Positions 18,030 to 28,404 are shown, counted from the stretch's first letter. The stretch is DNA of 64,000 nucleotides from an uncultured Mycoplasmatota bacterium (GCA_948466395.1 CAOKAG010000001.1:14584-78583); one strand, 5' to 3'. Made by a program: numbers and translations. Notes: generated from the sequence alone by a model not told the origin.

Positions 18030-19456
18030 AATTCTTCTTTTGTTCTTTGGAAAGATTCTATAATTATTAATTTTTCTAATAAATCTGCATCATTAATAGA
18101 TATTAAAAATTCTTTTACTTTAGATATAGCAATCTGAACAAGCGCTGTTATAGTTAAGTTTTGATTAAAAATTTTTTCCATAGCTAAAGGTAGTTTTATA
18201 CTATACTGATACCTTAAGTATTCTTCATTACTTATTGCTTTTGATTCACATATTTCTTTTTTCAAAACTTCTATAGAACTTTCTAAATCAAATTTATATT
18301 CTTCTTTAGTCATGTTTAGTTTTTTCTCTATTTCTTTTTTAATTTTTTTTTGTTTATCAGGAGAAAGATTATAATAATAATTCTCCACTTTTTCTTTATA
18401 TTCTAAATAAGATTTTTCGAATTCTTTAGGATTTTCTAATATCTCATTTAATTTTTGAATTTCTTTAAGATATCTATATTTTCTTTCTTCGTTTTCTTTT
18501 TTTCTTTCATTTATAAATATATTCAATTTTTCTTCAGAAAACTCCTGATGACATAGATTAATAGAGTCTTTTATGTCTTTGTCTGTGTATTTAGAATTAT
18601 TTTTAGCAAGAATAACAGTAATTAAAGCCATAAGTTCTATAAAAAATTCTTGTTGTTTCTCTGGTATTTTATCAAAAAATAAGTCACTTTTTTTCCACGT
18701 ATCTCTTACATTTTTTGGTAAAGTCAACATTAAAAGTATATAAAGTTGATAATAGAGATTGTATGCTATTTGAATATTTTCATAGTCAATAAAACTATTT
18801 CTTTCATTCCAATCATCTATTAAATTTCCACTATATATAGCATCTCCTTCGGTTAGCATTAGCCTTATTTCAAAAGCAAAAGGGTATTTACTAGAATAAG
18901 TAAAACCGAAAAATTGCTGCTTAGAATGTTGTAATTCGTGTTGTAAATTTTGTACATCTCCTTCTATGTTTAATAATTCAATACCACAATTAATTCTTAA
19001 AGGTTTATTCAGAATTTCTTTTGTACATACTCCTGCAGAATACAAAGTATATTCTCCTTCTGGGTCTCTTACATATTTTTCTTCTTCCTTTTTTAAGCGT
19101 AAGTTCTTAGCACTAATTTGACTATGTTCTACTTTAATAATTTGATTATAAAAAAAATTTGTTGGGTCACAGAGTATTTCATCTAATGTATAAACTTTTA
19201 AATAGTCAAGGTTTCTTATACACTCCAAATTGTTTTCAATAAATTCTTCTACTAGTGTATGCTCTAAAATGTCTTTATTCGGATTATAAAATTCTATAAT
19301 TATAAGAAGCCAATTTATTAATAAATCTTGAATCCTTTGATTATACTTTTTATCATTTATTATACTTTTTAATTCTTTGTAATATTTAACAAACATTTGT
19401 GTTTTTTCTGAATTTATTTCTTTTATACGTTTGTCTATTAACTCAGAGTATGTCAT
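18011..19456 (-). CDS. Hypothetical 481-aa protein with a HEXXH motif (possible Zn-metallopeptidase-like)
   Basis: LQHELQHSKQ motif; overlaps both neighbours. Confidence 0.4.
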   Translation of the reverse strand: MTYSELIDKRIKEINSEKTQMFVKYYKELKSIINDKKYNQRIQDLLINWLLIIIEFYNPNKDILEHTLVEEFIENNLECIRNLDYLKVYTLDEILCDPTNFFYNQIIKVEHSQISAKNLRLKKEEEKYVRDPEGEYTLYSAGVCTKEILNKPLRINCGIELLNIEGDVQNLQHELQHSKQQFFGFTYSSKYPFAFEIRLMLTEGDAIYSGNLIDDWNERNSFIDYENIQIAYNLYYQLYILLMLTLPKNVRDTWKKSDLFFDKIPEKQQEFFIELMALITVILAKNNSKYTDKDIKDSINLCHQEFSEEKLNIFINERKKENEERKYRYLKEIQKLNEILENPKEFEKSYLEYKEKVENYYYNLSPDKQKKIKKEIEKKLNMTKEEYKFDLESSIEVLKKEICESKAISNEEYLRYQYSIKLPLAMEKIFNQNLTITALVQIAISKVKEFLISINDADLLEKLIIIESFQRTKEELWKRYK

Positions 19457-19649
19457 TTTTTAAGTCCTCCATCATTATTTGATATAATTTTGGTTCTTGT
19501 TCTTTAATTGTTGTGATCTTTGCTAGTTTTGCTTCTTTTATGTTTTTAGGATTATTTAGTGTTAAACTATTCCACTCATCTATAAATTTATAAAACCATA
19601 AAGGATTAGTACAATATCTACGATATTTTAATTTCAAAGTTTCTTCCAT
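19443..19649 (-). CDS. Small hypothetical protein (68 aa)
   Basis: ORF overlapping the start of the 481-aa gene. Confidence 0.3.
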   Translation of the reverse strand: MEETLKLKYRRYCTNPLWFYKFIDEWNSLTLNNPKNIKEAKLAKITTIKEQEPKLYQIMMEDLKNDIL

Positions 19650-19715
19650 TATTCATCACCTTTTATCTTATCTAATTATCTAAAGAAAAAGACTACTTTT
19701 CAGCAGCTTTAACCT

Positions 19716-20012
19716 TTACGATTTGTCAGAATCTGTATTGTCTGATTCTTCGATTGCTAAATCTTTAAATAAATCAAAGAATAATTTAGCCACTTCTTTA
19801 TATTCTTCATTATTGGTGACTTTTTCAACTGCCTCTTCGCCATCTTTAATAATTCTTCTAACAATGGTTTGGGTATTTTCTATAATGTCTTCGTTTTCAT
19901 CAACTTCAATTAAATACAAATACGTAGAATCTTTATATTCTACCATATTAGCAATGGTGTATTCTTTATTGTTTTCTAATGTTAGGATATCGTAAAGTTC
20001 CATTGGTTTCAT
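19716..20012 (-). CDS. DUF1292-family small acidic protein
   Basis: Short acidic protein with a MELYDILTLENNKEYTIANMVEYKDSTYLYLIEVDENED-type pattern typical of DUF1292 (YrzB-like). Confidence 0.55.
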   Translation of the reverse strand: MKPMELYDILTLENNKEYTIANMVEYKDSTYLYLIEVDENEDIIENTQTIVRRIIKDGEEAVEKVTNNEEYKEVAKLFFDLFKDLAIEESDNTDSDKS

Positions 20013-21913
20013 GCAGCTCTTCCTCCTCTTTCTTGTTTAATTTCTACTGCTCCATTACTTTCTAAGGCCTTCTTTTTATCTTCAAAATCTGGAGCACTAG
20101 AATCGAGTTCAAATATCATTCCATTGTAATCGTAAGTTATTATGCCACTAGACTCTTTTCCTTCATTGAATCTTTGAGTGATTTTTTCAACAACTCGATC
20201 TATTTCTGTTGGCTCTTTTAATGGAGGGGTGGGTTCTTTTTTTAGTCCTAAATTCTTATTGATTTCATAAGATGAAACAAAGGAACTTAATCCTGCAAAT
20301 ACAGTCATACCAATAGAAGCGGCGATATAGCTGGACTGCTCTTTGATTTTTTCTAAAAGATGATTTTTATTTTTACCTTTTCGTATCTTTAAGATCTTAA
20401 AATGTTGTTTATTTTTTCCTGGTAGTGCACTTAAAACTTGTTTAACATTTAATATCATTTTCTTTAGAAAATTAGAAGCATTTTCTATAATTAATGGAAG
20501 GGACAAGTTTATTTTATTTTCTTCTTTTCTTTTTTCATAGTCTTCTAATTTTAATAGAATATCTGTTAACACTTGTAATTTTTCTTCATCGGTGTATTTA
20601 GAGCTGACACTAAAACCATTAACATTACTCATAATGTTTGTGTAGAAAACGCTCATTTGTTCTGGAAGACCACTCGTTTTAAAGATGGCTTTCATGTTTG
20701 CAAAGATAACAAATTTTTCAGCCATACATAATTCATAAAGAGCTTTTTTTAATTTTGCAATTTCTTTTAATACTCTTTCATCTTCTTTTTTGTATTCAAA
20801 AAAACGTATTTTATTAAAAATGGCTCTTTTTCTTTCTGGTATTTTTTGATATTTTTCTATATCTTGAATCACCATTAAGTCGCTCTTTTCATCTAAATAA
20901 GGTGTCAATTTTTTTAAGTCTGCGTATTTACTTATTAATTCTTCAAATTTTTCTAGTCTACTTTTTAAAATAGTTAATTCTTTCCCATCAATACTTGTTA
21001 CGGTCATGACACGATCGGGATGATTAATCATTGGTAACGCTTCAAATCCTAATTTATACAAAGCTATAATAATACTGGCATACTGACTAGCACAAACATC
21101 GGTATTGCTTCTTTCATTTTCCTGTTTGATTAAGTCTTTTTCTTCTGCTTCGTATTTTTTATAAAGATTGGTTAATAAACTAATGTATTGACGATATCTC
21201 CAAACGTGTTTCGTGGAAATTTCTTTCGTAACGCCACAATATGTGACAAATGATTTTTTTCCTTTTACTTTTTCAATGTTATTAATAATCAATTCGATGT
21301 ATTTACATTTATCCGTAATTAAAGGAAGTTTATTATAAAATTCTTGATCTATGGTGTAATAATTTTTCTTTTTATCACTAGATGTAGTTACTTCCATGGT
21401 GTTGTATTCCGTAGAAGATTTTTCAATGATATAAGCTTCTGATTCAATGACTTCTTTTCTTAACTTTTTGTAATGGTTTAATAAAGATTGATATTGTTCT
21501 TTATAGGAATCGGGCATGTTTCCTTTCATTCTTCTTAATATGGCAATTTGTCTTTCAATGTTGCGATATTTAATAATGTTGCTGGCTTGTTCCATCTCTT
21601 TTTTAATTTCTCGTCCTTCAACAAATCCTACAACATCATGATAATTTTCCAAACTAGACATGATTTCATTCATTAAATTTAAAAAATCTATTTCTTGAGC
21701 TAAAAAAGTATCGTATTCTTTTCTTGTACTTTCGTCTCTTGCTTCTAAATAAAGTTTTTTGTAATCTTGAATTAATTTTTTTAATTCTTGATAAAGTGTA
21801 TTAAAATCGTTTAAGTCTCCAACTTGTCGCTCACCATTAATGAAATGGGTCTCAAATTCATGAGTGGTTATTTGGATTCTAGCGACTTCTGGATTGTGTA
21901 CGCGTAAATTCAT
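20009..21913 (-). CDS. Hypothetical 634-aa protein, coiled-coil rich, with one predicted TM near the C-terminus
   Basis: Long ORF with a coding composition; hydrophobic SSYIAASIGMTVFAGLSSFV segment; no family recognised. Confidence 0.45.
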   Translation of the reverse strand: MNLRVHNPEVARIQITTHEFETHFINGERQVGDLNDFNTLYQELKKLIQDYKKLYLEARDESTRKEYDTFLAQEIDFLNLMNEIMSSLENYHDVVGFVEGREIKKEMEQASNIIKYRNIERQIAILRRMKGNMPDSYKEQYQSLLNHYKKLRKEVIESEAYIIEKSSTEYNTMEVTTSSDKKKNYYTIDQEFYNKLPLITDKCKYIELIINNIEKVKGKKSFVTYCGVTKEISTKHVWRYRQYISLLTNLYKKYEAEEKDLIKQENERSNTDVCASQYASIIIALYKLGFEALPMINHPDRVMTVTSIDGKELTILKSRLEKFEELISKYADLKKLTPYLDEKSDLMVIQDIEKYQKIPERKRAIFNKIRFFEYKKEDERVLKEIAKLKKALYELCMAEKFVIFANMKAIFKTSGLPEQMSVFYTNIMSNVNGFSVSSKYTDEEKLQVLTDILLKLEDYEKRKEENKINLSLPLIIENASNFLKKMILNVKQVLSALPGKNKQHFKILKIRKGKNKNHLLEKIKEQSSYIAASIGMTVFAGLSSFVSSYEINKNLGLKKEPTPPLKEPTEIDRVVEKITQRFNEGKESSGIITYDYNGMIFELDSSAPDFEDKKKALESNGAVEIKQERGGRAA

Positions 21914-22021
21914 ATCTTATGCACTTCCTCTATTCTTACTAAGATTATACACTATTATTTTATATTTAGCAAATTGATTTCAATAAAAAAAGAATTGATT
22001 TTCAACTCTTTACAAAGTGGA

Positions 22022-24130
22022 TTATATACTTAAATTGATTTCTAAAATTTCGCTGGGACTTAAAGGCGCTCCTGTTACTAAATTGGTGCTTACGACCTTG
22101 CCATAACCATTTAATACATAAGGAATTCCTAAAAGGTTACAAAAGGTAACGATTTCATTGGTACTCCATCCTGTAACATCCGGTAAAGTATAAGAAATAG
22201 AATTGGTGACTAAAAATACTTTGGAGCCATACAATACATGTTGATTTTTTAGGGGATATTGATTGATTATATAGTTGCCTTCTCCTAAAATAATCACTTG
22301 AAATCCTTGCTGTTTTAGTTTTTCAGTGGTGGTAAGGACGAATGAGGAGATGTAATCACTTAAAGCCATGATTTTGGTTTCATCTACATCGTTTTCTTTT
22401 TCTACTAAATTGGTACTTTTAGCGACTTCTCCCACAACGTTATTGACAATTTTAGCAATATCATTGGTTTCTCCTACCAGTTGTTTGACTGCTATGTATA
22501 CAACGTATTCTGGGTCTTCATAAGGAAAAAGACCAGCAAAACTTTTGATGTAATCGTAATCACCTTTTAAATATCCCCCACCCTTAGGATTAGCAATTTG
22601 GGCGGTTCCAGTTTTACCAATTAAAGTCACGTTATTTGGAGCAAATTTTTTACTGGATTCAAAGCCATCATAAACGACTTTATACATTAAGTCTTTAATT
22701 TTATTTATGGTTTCACTACTTGCCACCTTAGCGATTTCGGTTCGATTGTTTTCATAAGTCGTTTCCCCTTTTTCATTAATGATTTTAGAAACGATATAGG
22801 GTTTTACCATTACGCCATCATTAGCAATCGAAGTAAGAGCTTGAAGCATTTGTATAGGTGTTACAGTGATTCTTCCTTGTCCAAAGGCCGCGGTTGCTAA
22901 TTCACTTTCATAAATAAAGGTATTGGTTCCTTCTACTTCGCCTGGGAGATTGATTCCCGTTTTTTTACCAAATCCTAAGGTATCGTAAAAGGCTTTTAGT
23001 TTGTTGCTTCCCAGTTCTAAAGCAAGATGCGTTGCGGCAACGTTACTCGAATAAGCAAAACCTGTATCAAAATCAATTTCGCCCCACCCTTTATTGTTGA
23101 AGTCATTGATTTTTGTACCATCTTTTAAGATGGTAGAGCCTGATAAATACTTTTTACTTCCGTCATAGATGCCTTCTTCTATGGCATCCATAAAAGAAAA
23201 TATTTTCATAACGCTTCCTGGTTCGTATTGGAAAGAGACCAAAGGATTTAAATAACTTTCTAAATCTTCACGAGTATTTAAATCAAAATTAGGGTTATTG
23301 GCGCTTCCTAAAATAGCACCCGTTTTGGCGTTCATGACGGTAAGGGTTGCCCATGAAAATTGGTAGTTGTCTTCTAACTGATTAATTGCATTTTCTAATA
23401 TAAGTTGAATGTCTTGATCAAGAGTCAAATAAATATCGGAGCCACTTGTACTCTCTTCTCCAATAGGCGTCGAAGTAGGCATTTGATAACCATAAGCATC
23501 TTTTTGGTATTCGGTCCAGCCATTCTCCCCTTTCAAGGTATCGTTATAATATGATTCTAGACCCATTTTACCATCAATTTCGCCATAATCATCGGTGAGG
23601 GCGTACCCTAAAATATAAGAGGCATAATTACCATAAGGATAGTATCTTTTGGTGCTTCTTACAAAATCAATACCTGGTAAGTCTAGAGCAATGATTTCGT
23701 TTTTTTTATTTTCAGAGATGCCTAGTTTTAAATTAATTTGGTATAGATTTTCTCGGGATAATCTTTCTAATAAAGTGCTTTCTTCCATTTCTAAAACCGG
23801 TGCTAATGATTTCGCGGTGTGTTCTTTATCCACGACATGATTTGGATGACTAACGTCTTTGGTTCTCGTTTCTGATAAGTAAGCAATCACAGTGTAAGAA
23901 TTCGCATCAACGGCTAGTTCGTTGCCATTATTATCGAATATGGTTCCTCGACTGGCATATAAGGTTTTATGCTCGGTGTTTCGATTATCAGCAAAAGCTT
24001 TTAAATCGATTCCATCGACATTATCTGATACAGCCACATAAATCAGTTTAGCCATTATTAAGACAAATAAAAAAGAGATGCCTAGCATGGTTAATTTTAG
24101 ATTATAATGGACCATATTTCTTCTCTTCAT
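22022..24130 (-). CDS. pbpB: Penicillin-binding protein 2B (class B transpeptidase FtsI/SpoVD-like) with C-terminal PASTA domains
   Basis: SVMK (SxxK), SSN and KTGT motifs; dcw position after ftsL. Confidence 0.9.
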   Translation of the reverse strand: MKRRNMVHYNLKLTMLGISFLFVLIMAKLIYVAVSDNVDGIDLKAFADNRNTEHKTLYASRGTIFDNNGNELAVDANSYTVIAYLSETRTKDVSHPNHVVDKEHTAKSLAPVLEMEESTLLERLSRENLYQINLKLGISENKKNEIIALDLPGIDFVRSTKRYYPYGNYASYILGYALTDDYGEIDGKMGLESYYNDTLKGENGWTEYQKDAYGYQMPTSTPIGEESTSGSDIYLTLDQDIQLILENAINQLEDNYQFSWATLTVMNAKTGAILGSANNPNFDLNTREDLESYLNPLVSFQYEPGSVMKIFSFMDAIEEGIYDGSKKYLSGSTILKDGTKINDFNNKGWGEIDFDTGFAYSSNVAATHLALELGSNKLKAFYDTLGFGKKTGINLPGEVEGTNTFIYESELATAAFGQGRITVTPIQMLQALTSIANDGVMVKPYIVSKIINEKGETTYENNRTEIAKVASSETINKIKDLMYKVVYDGFESSKKFAPNNVTLIGKTGTAQIANPKGGGYLKGDYDYIKSFAGLFPYEDPEYVVYIAVKQLVGETNDIAKIVNNVVGEVAKSTNLVEKENDVDETKIMALSDYISSFVLTTTEKLKQQGFQVIILGEGNYIINQYPLKNQHVLYGSKVFLVTNSISYTLPDVTGWSTNEIVTFCNLLGIPYVLNGYGKVVSTNLVTGAPLSPSEILEINLSI

Positions 24131-24146
24131 TTTTTTCTCCTTTTAA

Positions 24147-24446
24147 TTAATCGTTGATGACTTTAATGTTATCATTATTATAGGATAAACCAATATTTTT
24201 TGCAACTTCTTGAATTTTATCAAGAGAGGCTAATTCGTTGATTTGCATACTCAACCCTTCATTTAAATTTGTTTGCTTATCAATTTTAGATTTCAATTGT
24301 TCTACTTCAATATTTGATTCAGATAAAAGTGCTTTGATAAAAACATTAGAAATGGGTACTGCTATTACTAATAGGATTAATAAAAAATATAGTATTTTTT
24401 CGCCTCTAATAATGGTAATTTTTTTTAAATTCTTATTTTTAGTCAT
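24147..24446 (-). CDS. ftsL: Cell division protein FtsL
   Basis: Small bitopic protein with a coiled coil, placed between rsmH and the PBP gene. Confidence 0.7.
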   Translation of the reverse strand: MTKNKNLKKITIIRGEKILYFLLILLVIAVPISNVFIKALLSESNIEVEQLKSKIDKQTNLNEGLSMQINELASLDKIQEVAKNIGLSYNNDNIKVIND

Positions 24447-24449
24447 TAT

Positions 24450-25373
24450 TCAATTCCTTTCTATTATTCTTAATTTGCTACTTTTACTACGACTGTTTTC
24501 TTCTAATTCTTTACTGCTTGGTAAAATAGGCTTTTTATTTACTAAGTGAATCAAAGGTTTGTAATCGTCTGGAATTTGGGGTAATCCTTTTACTAATTCA
24601 TCGATTTCACTGTATTTTTTAAAGATGTTTTTTACAATGCGATCTTCTAATGAATGAAAGGTAATAACGGCAAGACGCCCCCCTTTTTTGAGTAATGAAA
24701 TGGCAATCGGTAAAACCATTTCTAAACTGTTTAATTCATCGTTTACTTCGATTCGTATGGCTTGAAATATTTTTCTTTCAGGGTGTTTGTTGTAAAAATA
24801 TTTAGCCCCCACTGCTGATTCGATCACTGTTACTAATTCTTTGGTGGTATCAATTGTTTTTTCCGTTCTTTTTTTTATGATTTCTTTAGCAATGGCTTTG
24901 CTTCTTTCTTCTTCACCATAAGTATAAAAGATATGGGTTAATTTGCTTTCTTCGTATTCGTTTACCACATGCCAAGCGCTTAAAGGTTTTGAGGTATCCA
25001 TTCGCATGTCTAGCTTCCCTTCATGCATGAATGAAAACCCTCTTCTATCGGTATCGATTTGAGGACTGGAAACCCCTAAATCAAAAAGGATTCCATCAAC
25101 TTGTTCTATTTTTTCTTCTTCTAATTTTTCTTTTAAGTCTTTGAAATTGCTATGAAAGATTTTATAGTTTGTCCCTACTTTTTGTAAATTTTGATTGGCG
25201 ATTTTAATGGCTTCTTCATCGGCATCAAAGGCATAAAGTTTTCCTTTAGGAATTCTTTTTAAGATTTCTTTACTATGACCAGCCAATCCTAAGGTTCCAT
25301 CAACATAAATGCCCTCTTCTTTTAAATTTAATCCCTCAATGGCTTCGTTTAAGAGTACAGAATAATGCTTCAT
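24450..25373 (-). CDS. rsmH: 16S rRNA (cytosine1402-N4)-methyltransferase RsmH/MraW
   Basis: Full-length match to RsmH (DGTLGLAGHS, FDLGVSSPQ). Confidence 0.95.
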   Translation of the reverse strand: MKHYSVLLNEAIEGLNLKEEGIYVDGTLGLAGHSKEILKRIPKGKLYAFDADEEAIKIANQNLQKVGTNYKIFHSNFKDLKEKLEEEKIEQVDGILFDLGVSSPQIDTDRRGFSFMHEGKLDMRMDTSKPLSAWHVVNEYEESKLTHIFYTYGEEERSKAIAKEIIKKRTEKTIDTTKELVTVIESAVGAKYFYNKHPERKIFQAIRIEVNDELNSLEMVLPIAISLLKKGGRLAVITFHSLEDRIVKNIFKKYSEIDELVKGLPQIPDDYKPLIHLVNKKPILPSSKELEENSRSKSSKLRIIERN

Positions 25374-25804
25374 AAACTCTCCTCCATAAATAAATTTTCA
25401 GCAATTTCAGAAAGTTTATCTCTCGTTTCTTCCATCAATTTGTTCCATTCCTCTAAATCCCATATTTCAATACGGTCGTTAGCGCCGATTACAACACAAT
25501 CTTTTGTTAAACCAGCATAGCTAACTAGTGGGGAGGTAAGCGACGTTCTTCCTTGACGATCGAACTCGCATTCAGTAGCACCAGAAAAGAAGGTTCTCAT
25601 AAATGTTCGGGCGGTTGATTTTGTAAAAGGTAGAGTTTTAAGTTTGTTTTCGAGTTTTCCCCATTCCGCAATTGAGTAAACATACAAACATTTTTCAAAA
25701 CCCCGTGCCACAATAAATTTGTCACCAAGCATTGTGCGAAATTTACTAGGAAGCACGAGCCTTGATTTATCATCAATGGTATGATGATATTCGCCCATAA
25801 ACAT
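25370..25804 (-). CDS. mraZ: Transcriptional regulator MraZ. The start is set at the ATG giving MFMGEYHHTIDDKSRL; the ORF-track GTG start at 25816 is probably too long.
   Basis: MFMGEYHHT...RL..P N-terminus is canonical MraZ, with two DXXXR-type repeats. Confidence 0.9.
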   Translation of the reverse strand: MFMGEYHHTIDDKSRLVLPSKFRTMLGDKFIVARGFEKCLYVYSIAEWGKLENKLKTLPFTKSTARTFMRTFFSGATECEFDRQGRTSLTSPLVSYAGLTKDCVVIGANDRIEIWDLEEWNKLMEETRDKLSEIAENLFMEESL

Positions 25805-25810
25805 TTTATC

Positions 25811-25876
25811 ACCCACTTTCTTCCACTATGTACCACTGTCTACCACTATATTACACAATCTAGTTAAAAAAGTAAA
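25811..25876 (-). promoter_or_regulatory. mraZ promoter (-35 TTTACT, 17 bp, -10 TAATAT) followed by 3 to 4 direct GTGG[G/T] repeats with 10-bp periodicity, the MraZ autoregulatory boxes
   Basis: Minus-strand sequence reads AGTGGTAgacAGTGGTAcatAGTGG...GTGGGT just upstream of the mraZ start. Confidence 0.55.
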
Positions 25877-25941
25877 TAGATTTTCATAAAAAATATAAAA
25901 GATTTGACATTTTAAAGGCAAAAAAAAAGTACCGTTTTCGG

Positions 25942-26163
25942 TTACTCTTCTACTGTTGTTTTAATTACTTCTTTATTTTTGTAATTTCCACATTTTAAGC
26001 ATGCACGATGTGGTCTAATAGCTGCACCACATTTTGAACATTTTTCAATTGCTCCAACTTCTTTTTTTAAATGAGTACGGCGCATTCTTTTTTTAGTTTT
26101 ACTTGTTCTTCTAAATGGAACAGCAAATCTTTGAATATCCAATTGTAACATACAAAACTTCAT
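25942..26163 (-). CDS. rpmF: 50S ribosomal protein L32 (start uncertain; core [19 protein letters not shown]...)
   Basis: L32 signature plus a C4 zinc ribbon (CSKCG...CLKCG); follows yceD as in Bacillus. Confidence 0.8.
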   Translation of the reverse strand: MKFCMLQLDIQRFAVPFRRTSKTKKRMRRTHLKKEVGAIEKCSKCGAAIRPHRACLKCGNYKNKEVIKTTVEE

Positions 26164-26645
26164 TCCTTTCCTTCATCCAGTAGCTCTTTTAATTTAGCTA
26201 ATCTTGGGTCAATTTCTTCTTTGTTTTCATTTACTAGTTCCCAACCATTTCCTTTTAATAATAAGTCTTCACTTTTATGATTTGTGACACTTATGGGAAT
26301 CTCTAGTACAATATTTTCCCATAAAATTTCACTAATATCAAGAGAATTTTTACTTTTTTCATAAAAAGAACCACAATATTCTTCAATATTTTCAATTTTT
26401 TCATCAATTTGAGATGTAAAAGGATAATCAATGGGTTCTAATGTTAGGGCATCGGGTAAAACAAAAATGCCTTGTGCTTCTAAATTCAGATTTAAAATTC
26501 CTTCATAATCGTAACGAACGCTTCCCTTTATATGCAAATTTTTAATTTCTTCAATTTCGGTTTTTTCATAAAGGTCTTTACTTAATTCTATCTTTTCATC
26601 TACGATTAGCCCTGTTTCAGGAATTTTACTTAAATTTATATTCAT
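26160..26645 (-). CDS. yceD: YceD/DUF177-family protein (large-subunit biogenesis)
   Basis: Size and position upstream of rpmF; acidic DUF177-like sequence. Confidence 0.75.
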   Translation of the reverse strand: MNINLSKIPETGLIVDEKIELSKDLYEKTEIEEIKNLHIKGSVRYDYEGILNLNLEAQGIFVLPDALTLEPIDYPFTSQIDEKIENIEEYCGSFYEKSKNSLDISEILWENIVLEIPISVTNHKSEDLLLKGNGWELVNENKEEIDPRLAKLKELLDEGKE

Positions 26646-26701
26646 AATTTCACCTAAGTATATTATAATATAAAAAATTGAATTTGGGGAGGAAAATTTT
26701 T

Positions 26702-27820
26702 ATGGATATTATTGGTCTAATTGGTGAATATAATCCCTTTCATAATGGTCATTTCTATCATATCAATGAAATAAAAAAACGCTACCCTGATTCGTTACTT
26801 CTCTTAGTTTTGAATGGCTACTTTCTACAACGTGGCGAAGTAAGTGTCTTGACGAAAGAAGATAAAACGCGTTTAAGTCTCTTACATGGTATTGACTTAG
26901 TTGTTGCTTTGCCTGTTGTTTATGGTACACAAGCAGCGGATATTTTTAGTGAAAAAGCTCTTTTTCTTTTAAATCAATTTCATGTCGAGAAAGTTATTTT
27001 TGGAAGTGAATGTCATGATATAAAAAAAATCACTCACATTGCTTCTACTCAGTTAGAAAACGATTTTAATGATAAGGTTCAAAGTCATTTAAAAACAGGG
27101 GTTAATTACCCTACGGCGTTAGCTAAAAGTATTAATGAAGACATTCTTTATACCCCAAACGATTTATTGGGGATAAGTTATGCTAAAGCCATTATAAAAA
27201 ATCAGTTTCCTATTTCCTTAGAGACGATAAAAAGAACGAATGATTATCATGATTTACATAGTAATGAAAAGATAATTAGCGCTAGTAATATAAGGAATAA
27301 ATTAAAATTAAAACAAGATATTAAAGCTTATATTCCCCCTTCTTGTGTCTCTCTTATAAAAAATGTGGATCAACAGACTCTTTTTCTTTTAATCAAGTCT
27401 AAAATTTTAACCTCTCATCATTTAAATGATTATTTAGACGTCGATGAAGGTATCGAAAAAAGACTAAAAAAAATGATTAAATCATGTAACAATTTAGAAG
27501 AGTTTATTAGTCGTGTTAAAACAAAACGTTATACTTATAACAAAATAAGAAGAATGCTTATCCATATTTTACTTGGTATAACTAAAAATATTAATCAACA
27601 AATTTCTTTTGATTTTATACAAATATTAGGCTTTAATGAACGAGGCAAAGTTTACTTAAATCAAATAAAAAAGAAAATAGCACTTCCTTTAAAAGTAAAT
27701 AAAAATTCTAAACTTTATGAATTTGAAGAAAAAGCTTCTCTTTTATATGATTTAATTACTAATGAGAAAACGTATGACTTTGAAGTTAAAAATCAACCAA
27801 TTATTTTTGACAAAGTTTAA
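26702..27820 (+). CDS. tmcAL: tRNA(Met) cytidine acetate ligase TmcAL (YlbM-like nucleotidyltransferase)
   Basis: N-terminal IGLIGEYNPFHNGHFYHI HxGH nucleotidyltransferase motif; divergent from yceD-rpmF as ylbM is in B. subtilis. Confidence 0.7.
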   Translation: MDIIGLIGEYNPFHNGHFYHINEIKKRYPDSLLLLVLNGYFLQRGEVSVLTKEDKTRLSLLHGIDLVVALPVVYGTQAADIFSEKALFLLNQFHVEKVIFGSECHDIKKITHIASTQLENDFNDKVQSHLKTGVNYPTALAKSINEDILYTPNDLLGISYAKAIIKNQFPISLETIKRTNDYHDLHSNEKIISASNIRNKLKLKQDIKAYIPPSCVSLIKNVDQQTLFLLIKSKILTSHHLNDYLDVDEGIEKRLKKMIKSCNNLEEFISRVKTKRYTYNKIRRMLIHILLGITKNINQQISFDFIQILGFNERGKVYLNQIKKKIALPLKVNKNSKLYEFEEKASLLYDLITNEKTYDFEVKNQPIIFDKV

Positions 27821-27858
27821 TCGGTTCATTATAATAGGTTATTAGAAAGAAGAGATGT

Positions 27859-28371
27859 ATGAAAAATTTTGTAGATGATTATGTGGTTTTTGATGTTGAG
27901 ACGACTGGTTTAGAGGCAACAACTGATCGTATTATCGAAATTGGAGCACTAAAATATGTTAATAATGAACTTGTTGAAGAATTTAATGTTTTAATTTATC
28001 CAGAAATGCCCATTCCTGAAATTATTACCACCATTACAGGCATTACCGATGAAATGGTTAAAAATGAAAAAACAATTCAAGAGGTTTTGCCTGATTTTTT
28101 AAATTTTATCAAAGATTTTCCGTTAGTTGGACATAATGTTGCTTTTGATTTAGGGTTTATTAATGAGAGCTTAAAAAAATTAAGTTTAGAGCCTTTAAAA
28201 AATGAGTCTTTTGATACTGTAGAATTGGCTAGAAAATATATTCCAAAAGCTTTTAATTATAAATTAGAAACTTTAAAAAAGTATTTTCATTTGGATTTTG
28301 GTTCTCATCGTAGTATTGAAGACGTTAAAACAACTAACTACATTTATCAAGAATGTAAAAAAAGAGCTTAA
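27859..28371 (+). CDS. DEDDh 3'-5' exonuclease (DnaQ/epsilon-like)
   Basis: VVFDVETTGL (Exo I), VGHNVAFDLGF (Exo II), HRSIEDV (Exo III). Confidence 0.8.
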   Translation: MKNFVDDYVVFDVETTGLEATTDRIIEIGALKYVNNELVEEFNVLIYPEMPIPEIITTITGITDEMVKNEKTIQEVLPDFLNFIKDFPLVGHNVAFDLGFINESLKKLSLEPLKNESFDTVELARKYIPKAFNYKLETLKKYFHLDFGSHRSIEDVKTTNYIYQECKKRA

Positions 28372-28404
28372 AAAAGTGTAATTTACAAATTTACACTTTT
28401 TTTA
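28371..28404 (+). terminator. Bidirectional Rho-independent terminator
   Basis: AAAAAGTGTAA-tttacaaat-TTACACTTTTT followed by a T-run immediately after the exonuclease stop codon. Confidence 0.6.

Noticed and set aside
25597-25836. 79-aa ORF overlapping mraZ in another frame
   Set aside because: It lies entirely within mraZ and the mraZ frame has a full-length canonical match; this is a spurious overlapping frame.
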